Source of the DNA: Torpedo marmorata
Lineage: Eukaryota
DNA: 64,000 nucleotides
Direction of reading: 5' to 3'
Assembly: GCA_977017645.1 (NCBI GenBank)
Contig: OZ360230.1
Span: forward strand, 81,964,001-82,028,000
Shown here one piece after another: positions 53,002-64,000 of this stretch; position 1 is the first letter of the stretch, and the number at the start of each line of letters is the position of its first letter. Made by a program: the position numbers and the translations under genes. Under the pieces are notes generated by a model. That model did not search any database and was not told where the DNA came from. It was given only the letters and a program-made list of their open reading frames with translations.

Positions 53002-56000
53002 ATTTTTAAAAATTTTTATTTTTTTATTTTTTCACAAAAAGGTCAGAAGTGTAAACATAGTCATACAATTTCCAATTGTATACAACATCATTATTAAATT
53101 TCCCCTCCCTCCCTCCCAACTAAAAAAGGAAAAGGACAAACCTAAAAAAACCATAACATACAAATAAAGAGAAAAGAAAACTAAACGTACTGTCAGTGCT
53201 TACATTGCTTTTCCCACCTTTTAGGAGACATCACACCATTGATTTTAATACATTACATTTTACTGTACCTTGGGGTTTAGATTATAACTGGGCCCCAATA
53301 TACTCCAGGTTTGGTTGCCACACCTTAACAAATGTGTCATATTTGTTCCTGATATTATATGTAATTTTCTCCATAGGAATACAGCTGCGCATCTCTGCTG
53401 ACCATCGAGTGATAAGAAGGGGGGAGTCGGACTTCCAAGTTATTGCTATACATTTCTTTGCCACGGACAAAGCAATGTTTTTTTAAAAATATTTTATTTA
53501 AATTTTTAAATCACAAGATACATAAAATAGAATATAAAATTATCAAAATACATGTGATACATTTTCACCCCCCCTCCCTCCCTCCCCTCCCTAACCCTCC
53601 ATCCCCACTAAACTAATAAAAATAAAAGTAAAAATAAAAGAAAGAAAGAAAAAGATAGAATAAGGGGAATGCCATCTATAAACTAATTCTATTATGGAGG
53701 TCAAAAATGCCAGTAGATCCGATATCCAGAGATCATCAAATCCTTAAACCCACAGCCTTCATATATGGGCTCCAAATTTTTAAGAAAAAATTATATTTAT
53801 TACGTAAATTATAAGTAATTTTTTCATGTGGTATACACGAACAAAGTTCTGCATGCCATCTTTCTAATCCTAAATCTAAATCCGATTTCCAAGTAATAGC
53901 GATGCATTTTTTTGAAACAGCTAAAGCAATTCGCAAAAATTCTACTTGATACATATTTAATTTCTTCTTAATACTAAATTTTTTAATATCTCCAAACAAG
54001 AATATTATAGGATCCATTGGAAATGTAATCTTAAATAATTTATCTAAAAATTTTTTAACTTTCAACCAAAAATCATAAACTTTTGGACAAAACCATGTAC
54101 AATGTACAAAAGACCCTTCTTCTTTATTACATCTAAAACATAAACCTGATAGTGTCGGATTAAATTTCTTTAATTTTTTAGGTGTTAAATATAATTGATG
54201 AAAAAAATTATATTGAACTAATCTATATCTACCATTGGTAATCTTCGTCATACTTAATTTACATAATTCTTTCCAGTGATTTTCATCTATATTTACATTC
54301 AAATCTAATTCCCATTTTAATCTTGATTTATGCAATCCTACTTTAGGCATTTTCCTCTGAAACAATTTATACATTTGAGAATTAAATTTATTAACATCTC
54401 CATTAGTAACTAATAATTCTAATTCATTTTGTCTTGGTAAAGTCAAAGCATAACCTAATTTCTCAGTCAAAAAAGCTTTAATTTGATAATAAGCCAGAAA
54501 TGTATTATCTAATACATTAAATTTATCTTTCATTCTTTGAAACGTAATAAATTTCCCAGCTTCAAAACAATCACTAATCTTCTTAACTCCTTTTTGAAAC
54601 CAAATTTTAAATAATTGATTATTAATAGTAAATGGAATAAGTTCATTTTGATATAAAGGCATCTTTGAAGAAATTAATCCTTTTGCTCCTATTTCCTTAT
54701 CCGTCTTATTCCATATTTCTAACAAATGTTTAAAAATGGGCGAATTCTTCTTTTTTATTGATATTAGTTTAGAATCCCATTTATAAATAATTTCTTCTTT
54801 GAAATCTTCTCCTATATTATTTAATTCTATCTTAATCCAAGCAGAAGATTTAGTTGAATCAAAAAATTCATTAACAAATTTTAATTGAGCTGCTTTATAA
54901 TAATTTTGAAAATTAGGAAGTTGTAAACCACCCATTTCATAATTCCAAGTTAATTTTTCCATACCTACTCTTGCTAACTTTCCTTTCCATAAAAATTTCC
55001 TAATAATTAAATTTAAATCTTTAAAAAATGTTTGAGGAATTCCATAAGGAATTGATTGAAAAAGATACTGAATTCTTGGAAACATATTCATTTTAATACA
55101 ATTTACCCTTCCCATTAAAGTTATAGGTAAATCTTTCCAATTTTCTAAATCTTTCTTTATTTTCGCAAATAATGGTAAATAATTTAGTTTATATAAATTA
55201 TCCAATTTTATATCAACCTTTACTCCCAAATATTTAATTCCCTCTTTTGCCCATTTAAATTGTGTAATTTCTTTACATCTACTATAATCGCCTTGAGATA
55301 ATGCCATTATTTCACTTTTATCAGAATTAATTTTATATCCAGATATTTCCCCATAATCTCTCAATATAATAGATAATTGTTGAAGTGATGTAATAGATTT
55401 TGTCATATATATCAGTACATCATCCGCAAACAAGCTAATTTTATGTTCTTCCGTACCAACTTTAATACCAACTATTTTAGGATCTTTTCTAACTAATTCA
55501 GCCAAAGGTTCTATCGCCAAAATAAATAATGCTGGTGACAGAGGACATCCCTGTCTAGTAGAACGAGTCAAAGGAAATTTTGAGGAAATTTGTCCATTTG
55601 TAACTACTTCAGCAGATGGTTCTTTATATATAGTTTTAATCCAATTAATAAATGTATTTCCAAAGCCAAATTTCTCCAATACCTTAAATAAAAAATTCCA
55701 TTCTAATCGATCAAAAGCCTTTTCAGCGTCTAATGTTAAAACTAATGGTAAATCTTGTTTCTTTTTATGCAAATTAATTAAACTAATCAATCTAGCTATA
55801 TTGTCTTTTGAATATCTATTTTTAATAAAACCTGCTTGATCTACATGAATCAAATCTGGCAAATAATTAGCCATTCTATTTGCTAAAATTTTTGCCATTA
55901 TTTTATAGTCTACATTTAATAATGAAATAGGCCTATAAGATTCAGATTTTAATACATCCCTATCCTTCTTTGGTATAACTGTAATTATTGCATTTTAAAA

Positions 56001-59000
56001 AGTTTTCGGTAATGAATGAGTTTCTGTAATCTGATGCAATACTTCCATATATGGAGGTATTAATAAATCCTTAAACTCTTTATAAAATTCTGATGGAAAC
56101 CCATCTTCACCCGGAGACTTACCACTCTTTAATGAAGAAAGAACTTCACTAACTTCCCTCATTGTAAAAGGTAAATCTAAAGAATCTCTACTCTGAATAT
56201 TCAGTTTAGGTAATGTAATCTTGGATAGGAATCTAGTAATTTTAGAGTCATCTTGATCAATCTGAGATTTATATAAATTCAAATAGTAATCTTTAAAAGA
56301 TTCATTTATTTCTTGAGGTTTATAAGTTATTTCTCCAGAATTTTTCTTCCTTATAGCACTTATAGATCTAGAAACTTGATCTTTTTTTAATTGCCATGCC
56401 AAAACTTTATGAGCTCTTTCCCCTAATTCATAATATCTTTGTTTAGTTTTCTCAATTAATTTTTCCATTTTATATGTTTGTAATAAATTATAATGTAGTT
56501 TCTTCCCTATTAAATGATTTCTTTTTTGAATTGATCTGTTTTTTTGTAAATCTTTTTCCAAACATTCACTCTCCTTCTCTAGTTTTTCTGCTGGACAAAG
56601 CAATGTTTACAAATTGAATTTGAAATTTAGATCATTTATAGCTTATGTCCATTAAATTTCCTAAAAGATACAACTCCGGGTCCAGCGGAAAGTTTACCTT
56701 CGTAATTCTGGTTAATGTGTTAGATATATCATGCCAAAAGGGGTGTACCTTTACGCAGGACCAAGTGGAGTATAGAAAGGTTCCAATTTCCGCACCACAT
56801 CTGAAACACATTTCTGATATTTCAGATTTTGATTTATGTAGCTTTTGTGGTGTAAGATAATTGGTGTAAGAAATTATACTGGATCAGTCTGTATCTAGTG
56901 TTAATGACTGCTGTCATACTATGCCTACACCAGTCTGACCAGCAACGTTTGTGAATTGTTGTACCCAGGTCCAACTCCCACCTCTCCCTCGATCTTTGTA
57001 TGCCTGGTTTAGGGCTTTCACTCTGTAGGACAAAGTACATTCTGGATGTGAATTTCCCAGTCGAAGTATCTGCTCCACCTCGTTGCTTATAGGTGGGGTC
57101 ATCGCAGGGCCCCACCTTTCTCACAATAAGGATCTTAATTGGAGAAAACAATAGAAGGTTTTGTTACACAAATCATATTTGACTCTAAGTTGTTCGAAGG
57201 ACATAAGTTGTTCATTTTCATAACAGTCCTCAATATACCGAATCCCTTTTTGGTGCCAATCTTTCCATATTTTATTGCCCAAATTCATGGGCACAAGTTC
57301 GTTTTGAAATAAAGGTGCTTTGGGGGATATTCCCACCTTTTTCTCCAATACAATCATTTAAGTTCTTGCCAAATTTTAATCATGTGTTTCAAAATGTGAT
57401 TATTGTTCTTTTTGATATTAACTTAGTATTCCATTTATAAACAAAATCCTTAGCTTCCATCTCCCCTATAGTGTTTAGTCCAATTTGGACCCATGGAGGG
57501 ATATCACCCTCTTTGAAAAAGGATAGAAGAAACCTCGACTGGGATGCTAAATAATAATTTTTTAAATCCTGTAACCGAAGGCCACCCAGTTTATAATCCC
57601 ACGTCAGTTTTTCCATGGAGATTCTGGAAACTTTGCCATTCCAGATAAACTGTAAAGGTTTGTGGCAAGGATATAGGTAGAGATTGAAAAAGGTATTGGA
57701 GTTTTGGCATCACCACCATTTTGATAGAATTTACCCTGGCTTCTCCATCTAAGTAAATCGTCCTCAATCTTTACAAGCATCGGGAGGTAGTTAAGTTTGT
57801 ACAAATTCTGTAAATTATTGTCAATCATTATCCCCAGATATGTTATGCCTTCTAGTTGCCATTTAAAGCCATTCCCCTGTTAATATTTTCTATGGTCAAA
57901 TTTCGTAAGTGGCATAATTTCACTTTTGTCTATATTTATTTTATATCCTGAAATCATGCCATAATCCTCCAGTGTAGTCTGTAATTTGGTCAAGGACTCA
58001 GCCGGGTCTGTGAGATATAACAATATGTCATCTGAAAACAGATTAATCTTCTGATCCACCTGATCCACCTTAAATCCCTTTATTTCTGGATCCCTCCTGA
58101 TGGCTTCTGCCAAAGGTTCGATTGCTAACACAAAAAGCCCTGGAGACAGTGGACAACCCTGCCTACTAGATCTACTCAATGAAAATGTCGATGACATTTG
58201 CCCATTTGTTATAATTTTGGCCCGAGGTTTATGGTAAAGTGTTTTTTACCCATTGGACAAATGTTTGTCCAAGTCCAAACTTTTCAAGTACCTTAAATAA
58301 AAAAGGCCATTCCAACCTGTCAAAAGCCTTTTCCACGTCTAAAGACACAGCTATGCTTGGGTCTATTTTGGATTGTGCCAAATGTATTATGCTAAGTAAT
58401 CTACCCAAGTTGTTGGCAGAGAGTCTCCTCCTCACAAACCCAACTTGATCTGAGTTTATTAATTTTGGTAAATATTGACCTAATCTGTTAGCCAATGCTT
58501 TGGCTATTATAATCAACATTTAACAATGAAATAGGTCTATATGAGGGCGGCTTTAGTGGGTCTCTATTTTTCAGGTATAACCGTAATAATAGCTGTTGAA
58601 AAGGATTCAGGGAGAGTCTGTGTCTCCGCTGCCCGCTCTACCACATCCATAATAAGAGGCATCAACAGATCTTTGAATCTTTGTAGAATTCGGGCGGGAA
58701 ACCATCCTCCCCCGGCATATTTATTAGTTTGTAATGTACTCAAGGCTTTTTCAATCTCCTCTCTGGAGAAAGGGGAATTTAATTTTGCCTGATCATTCTG
58801 ATCCAATCTGGGCAGATCAACCTTGTAGAAAAACTCATCTATCCTGGTCAAGTCTTGAGGTGACTCTGATTTTTATAATTTTGTATTGAACTGTTTAAAT
58901 GTGTCGTTTATCTCCCTCGGATTATATGTTATCTTATCTGGGCCTGATTCAATTGAGTTAATTATCCTCGGTTTCCTCTGCCTTCAATTGCCAAGCCAGG

Positions 59001-59641
59001 ACCTATGGGCTCTTTCGCCCAGTTCATAATATTTTTGCTTGGATCTCAAAATAGTTTTTTTCCACTTGGTATGTCTGCAAAGTATTGTATTTGTTTTTTA
59101 TTTACCAGAGTTTGGTATTTTTCCTTTGAGCCGAATTGTTGATATTTCTTTTCCAGTTCCAGAATTTCTCATTCTAGTTCGTTTACTTCCGCCAAATATT
59201 TTCTTTTAACATTTTTGGTGTACGAAATTATTTGCCCCCTCAAATAAGTCTTCAAAGTATCCCATATTAAAAAAACTATTATTAGTAGAGGGGCAATTTG
59301 TTTCACAAAACAAATTTATCTGACCCCTTATGAAGTTACAAAAGTCTGTCCTTTTCAACAGCGTAGGGTTGAGACGCCATCTATATACACTTGCCTGTTT
59401 TTATGGCATTACTATGGATAAAATCAGAGGTGCATGATCTGACAATAATCTAGCTAAGTATTCCGATTCGACCACTCTGCCTTCCAAATGTGCCGACATT
59501 AAAAAGTTATCAATTCTGGTATAGGAGTCATGAGGCTTGGAATAAAAGGAGTAATCTCTGGCTTGTGGGTGTAACCATCTCCATGCATCTATTAAATTTA
59601 AGTCTTTCATGTAGGCCAGCGTGGTTTTAGCCGCCCTGGCC
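53002..59641 (-). mobile_element. Older L1-clade LINE (partial endonuclease + RT), split by a younger L1
   Basis: YTRIDNFL..LSDHAP, SLDVEKAFD, SRQGCPLSP, LFSDD, CIPMEKITY; 15-bp TSD ccaaccgtgactcct at 52987-53001 and 59642-59656. Confidence 0.92.
53481..56592 (-). mobile_element. Younger AT-rich L1, 5'-truncated, nested in the older L1
   Basis: ORFs 53736-55898 and 55995-56603 (one frameshift); 16-bp TSD ggacaaagcaatgttt at 53465-53480 and 56593-56608. Confidence 0.95.
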
Positions 59642-59659
59642 CCAACCGTGACTCCTTGA

Positions 59660-59677
59660 CCCCTCATCGCAGTGCCA
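59660..59677 (-). promoter_or_regulatory. Putative primer-binding site (tRNA-Ser-like, degenerate)
   Basis: Minus strand ...CAACA-AT-TGGCACTGCGATGAGGGG directly after the LTR end; resembles TGGCGCAGCGAGCAGGGT. Confidence 0.5.
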
Positions 59678-59679
59678 AT

Positions 59680-61262
59680 TGTTGTGTGGAAGGGAAAAGT
59701 TCGGTGGGTTCAAAGAGCAATGAGTCTGGACACAGGCTGAACACAGGAAGGAACTTTATTAAAACACACGTAATGGGATCGCAACAGGGATAACACACAC
59801 TAATACTCTCAATCACAAAACACAGTATAATCAGTCACATCGGACTTAACACTTGTTATGGACCATGACTGACCATTTGGACTGCGGACGGTCAGCAGGA
59901 AGGATGAAGTCTTTTGGAGTATACACTGGGACCAGGTACTGAAAGAGTTAACTTCCCCAGGACTTGGTGTACCCAGACAGAGAGAGAGATATTGTTGCAC
60001 TTTTGGTGTACCCAGACAGAGAGAGAGAGAGACAGGCTGTGGACAAGATACATTTGTTTCACTTTTGCAAAAAGCAGGTGCAGATTTCTGCAGGAAAAGC
60101 AGACAGTTGTAAGTTGCAAAGGCTGGAGAACACAGCCAAATCCAGGCGTGTGAATAGTCAGAGAAAAGACTGGCAGGATAGCACATGGCCTCCTGTCTCA
60201 GAGAAATTCTGAGTTAAAAGCAACTTCTGTGGAGAACAGGCGTGAGATCAGCGAGACTAGCTGTGAGATTCAAGCACACGCCTAAATCAGTGGTATACTG
60301 ATCTGAAACTCGCAATCCTTATGAACATACAAGAAGGGGACGTCATCAGAGAAGAAAACAAGTATTTGTAAGCATAAACAGTCATTGTCTCTCTCCAACG
60401 TTCATTCAGAAGTACTTCTACCAGACACAGAGCTGAAGTTGAAGCCTGAACTTAGAGAGTGAATTTTGTAGACTGTATTATCCTTTTTTTGACTGACTTG
60501 TTTTTTATGACTGACCTGGGGTTTTGGGGAAAGTTTTTCCATTTTTACATAAGGGTTGGGCACAGACTGTAATGGTCTGCACTTTACACACACACACACA
60601 CACCCCTTTTAGATAAGAATAGTGTTTATAGACGTTTATAGTGGGGTTAATTGTTGTGAAATTATATGTTTAATTGTCTTTAATAAATAGTAATTTCAAT
60701 TTTACCCCTTTTGCATTGCGTCTTCTGTCGTTGCTGGTTTGGTTTTGTAACACACTACAGATACCAGAAACTGCTTACACTCATACAAACACAGTACAGC
60801 CCAGTACCATCGGGCTCAATACTACTGATACTAGCAACTGTGTACAGACTTATAACAACCAAGGATTACAATATGCTATTCGCTGTTCCTTTTCTAACGT
60901 GGGCACGGTTCCAATGCTATCTAACAGCCCCGATCCCTGTGTAGTGCACATCTTACGAACGACTCCTCCAGTGTTGTCCACAGTTTGCGACCTGGTAGAC
61001 ATTATAGTACAGTAAGCTGGAGGGTCTGGCCCAGGTAATCACTAGGTGATTAAAGGGGCCAATGGTCAGGTGTGCACCAATGGGTGGGCAGAGTCCAACC
61101 TTGATTGGCAGGTGATGAGACTTCCGACTAGGTTCCAGACTGAGAGGTCATATGACCCTCCACAATCCACATTTCCACCAAGTTCCAGGCAGAGAGGCCA
61201 CATGACCCTCCACACTCCCACCAGGTTCCAGATGGAGGTCACATGACCCTCCACAATCCACA
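59680..61262 (-). mobile_element. 5' LTR of the LTR/ERV-like element, interrupted by a solo LTR
   Basis: TG...CA ends, minus-strand AATAAA at 59755-59760, three short direct repeats (gttccag...atgaccctccaca) at 61130-61260, homology to 13111-13764. Confidence 0.7.
59854..60752 (+). mobile_element. Solo LTR (Gypsy-type)
   Basis: TGTTA...TAACA termini, 4-bp TSD CACT at 59850-59853 and 60753-60756, AATAAA at ~60682. Confidence 0.88.
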
Positions 61263-62196
61263 CTGCAGAAGCATTTCATTTTTTTTAAGACAACACATTT
61301 TAAGATCATGCCAAATCTCACTGTATTACCAGCTAATGATTTATTAAAATGAAGTTGAATGTAACTGCAGCAGAGACTGAGCAAATTATTTGCGACTTGG
61401 GCACATTATTAACAATTTTAAAACTCTATTTTCATTCGTGAACTGTGGATTTATGTCTCTGTAATAGTTCCATTTTAGATAAAAATTAGATTAAAATAGA
61501 ATAAAATAGAAGCAGCATTTATGCATTAATATCACTGTTTAGCTGATTAAAATGAGCATTATATTAAAATGATTTTTTCAGTAACTGGAGTATATTTAAA
61601 GGCAAAATAGAAGTTAATATTTAAAAGTCAGGATCAGTTGCCAAGATTACAATTTGATCTGAGACCTAAACAGATACTGGAAATTAAAACAAACCTAAGT
61701 TTAAAGGGGCATTTATTTCTTCCTTTCCTTTGGTCTCCTGGTTTATGTGAAAAGAATCAGGGGATTTTAGCATATACTTTGAACAATGATCATCAAAATA
61801 GGAAGATGAAAATGTAGAAAGTAAAATAGAAATATTCAATTATATTTTCTACTTGAGATATAATCATCTCCAAACATTTAAGAAGAAGTAAAGCCAAGAC
61901 AAGGAACTAAGGGGAAAAATTATTTTTGTGTTATCCAGTGCTAAGAACATATGGAAGTTGCACTCAGCTCCATACTTTAAGTTCTGTTGATTTCAGTGGA
62001 TCCAAATGTACAGAAGATGGGTAAAACTGAGTGCCAATTATCTTGTATGTAGTTAGAGCCAGATTGAAATGGTAGGTTACTCTCCCTAAATTTCTTCCAG
62101 CACTGATTATCATTAAAATGCCAGTTCTAGGAATGAGGCTAAAATAATTTCTATCACTAAAGTAATACTGATAAAACAACTTATACATAATTATAT

Positions 62197-62934
62197 ATAT
62201 ATTTTTTAAAAAAAATATTTTATTTAAATTTTAAAATCACAAAATACATAGATCAAAAAAATATATCATTCCAAATACATGTGATATATTTCCTCCCACC
62301 CTCCCCTCCCCAACCCCCCTACCACTACTCTAAAGAAAAAAAAAAAAAATTAAAAACAAAAAGAAAAAAAAGAATAAAAGGAAAAAAAATTGAAGAATAA
62401 AGAATTAAAGTGAGGAGAAAACAAACTACAAACTAATTCTATTTATATATTGGAGGTTAATTTCGCCAGCGGAGCCGACTTCCAGAGAATTAATTCATAC
62501 CCATAATTCTCATATATGGGCTCCAAATTTTCAAAAAGAAATGATATTTATTACGTAGATTATACGTAATCTTTTCTAATGGTATACATGAACGTAATTC
62601 TGCATGCAATCTATCTAAATTCAAATCTAAATCTGATTTCCAAGTAATAGCAATACATTTTTTTGAAACCGCTAAAACAATTCGTAAAAATTCTATTTGA
62701 TACATATTTAATCTATTTCTAATACTAAATTTTTTAATATCTCCAAATAAAAATAACATAGGATCCATTGGAAACATAATATTAAAAATTCTATCTAAAA
62801 ATTGTTTAACTTTAGACCAAAAATCCTTAGTTTTAGGACATAACCATTTTGAATGAACAAAAGAACCAATTTCATCCTTGCATCTAAAACACATATCTGA
62901 TAATGCCGGATTGAATTTCTTTAATTTTTTAGGT
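62197..62934 (-). mobile_element. L1 3' fragment, same subfamily as 48952-51948
   Basis: ORF 62490-62894 near-identical to the C-terminus of 48772-51660; 13-bp TSD tacataattatat at 62184-62196 and 62935-62947. Confidence 0.94.
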
Positions 62935-63623
62935 TACATAATTATATTTGTCAGCAAGGATTTTTACGAACACAAATATATTCAATTAATAGAACTTCTT
63001 CACAAAAAAAAAAGTTTAGATAATTTGCCTGTTCAACTTACTTTTTGGAAAAGGCTTTTAATCTTCAATTGTAGGTGATGTAATTGCAATACATGTAAAA
63101 AGAGACTCAAAATAACGTGCTCAATTCTAAGAGAATGGACGAAATAGAAATAACATTTTAACTGTGATGTACTTCTGACAATACAGTACCTCAGACAGTA
63201 TGGCTTCACAGGCATTTCAACCAACTAATGAATGAGCAATGGCATTATTGGCACACTATAAATTTTGTGTTTTGTGTTAAAAGATTTAGTAAAAGAAACA
63301 ATTCTACACTTTGTAATTCAGTGCTGTTCTGTATAAAATCTCATCAATAACATTTCAGAGGGTATGCTACTGTGTCTGTAGGAAGTTCGCCAAATAGCAT
63401 GCCATAGTTTCCCTTCACTTCTTATATCAACATACTTGTCTGGTATGTGGGAGGTAGGTGTTGGCTCCTGCTAGGGCAACAGGGTTAGATACTTGCTGCT
63501 CTTTTAGGTGCAGTAGAGAAAGACTCCCTTGTGTGTGTGCAGAAGTAAGCATCTCCCAGGACATTTTTTTCTCCATCGACAGTTACACAAGTATAACCAG
63601 ACCGTTTCAGACTCAGAAGTAAA

Positions 63624-63696
63624 ATGGCCCACTGCAGACACTGGAAACTGCTGCCATGGACAGTTTTAGGAACTACCATTATTATGGCATTTACAG
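63624..63696 (+). CDS. SNORC: Probable first coding exon of SNORC (C2orf82), signal peptide MAHCRHWKLLPWTVLGTTIIMAFT
   Basis: Kozak aaaATGG, 24 codons + G then donor CAG|gtaaaa (phase 1), upstream acceptor cttttag at 63507; hydrophobic signal-like peptide comparable to human [24 protein letters not shown]; same strand and downstream of GIGYF2, as in human. Confidence 0.6.
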
Positions 63697-64000
63697 GTAA
63701 AACTACTGTTCACTTACAGATATATTGAAGCATTATGCTTCATTTTTTCTTTATATGTGATTAGATCAATGACTAATATTTGCTCTGATATGTGTGTGTG
63801 TATGTGCGTGCTATGTATTCAAATATATTTAATGGAGAAAATTATACAATTATAAATAAAAGATGTTTTTTCCACTTAACAGAAATTATATTACAGCATA
63901 ATAATCTGAAATTCAGGGGTAAATGCTGGTTATTGGAACGGGTTTACATAGAAGGTTTGAGTGTGGAAGCATTTAGCTGATCCTAAAAACTTATATTTAT

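Overview
This is eukaryotic, vertebrate genomic DNA, most likely a cartilaginous fish such as a ray or shark (inferred from the repeat families). It is dominated by transposable elements. Host genes: the last five coding exons of GIGYF2 (+ strand, 22504-33880, ending ...GFSVNASSERLNMGEIETLDDY*) and a probable first coding exon of SNORC (63624-63696), matching the GIGYF2-SNORC order known in tetrapods. Upstream of the GIGYF2 exons, a CpG/CRE-rich promoter-like island (~14160-14590) and a 111-bp in-frame exon could produce a short GIGYF2 isoform without the GYF domain. The repeats include CR1, Rex1/Babar, L1 and Penelope-like retroelements, a Gmr1-type Gypsy element, LTRs and several MITEs, often nested with readable target-site duplications. 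The most striking observation is a 1.2-kb Tc1/mariner-type non-autonomous DNA transposon (17321-18549). It carries what looks like a captured piece of DMRT1 exon 1 (MPN...KKSPR/LPKCAWCRNHGYVS) next to a 27-bp minisatellite, antisense inside a GIGYF2 intron. All calls were made by eye, without database searches.
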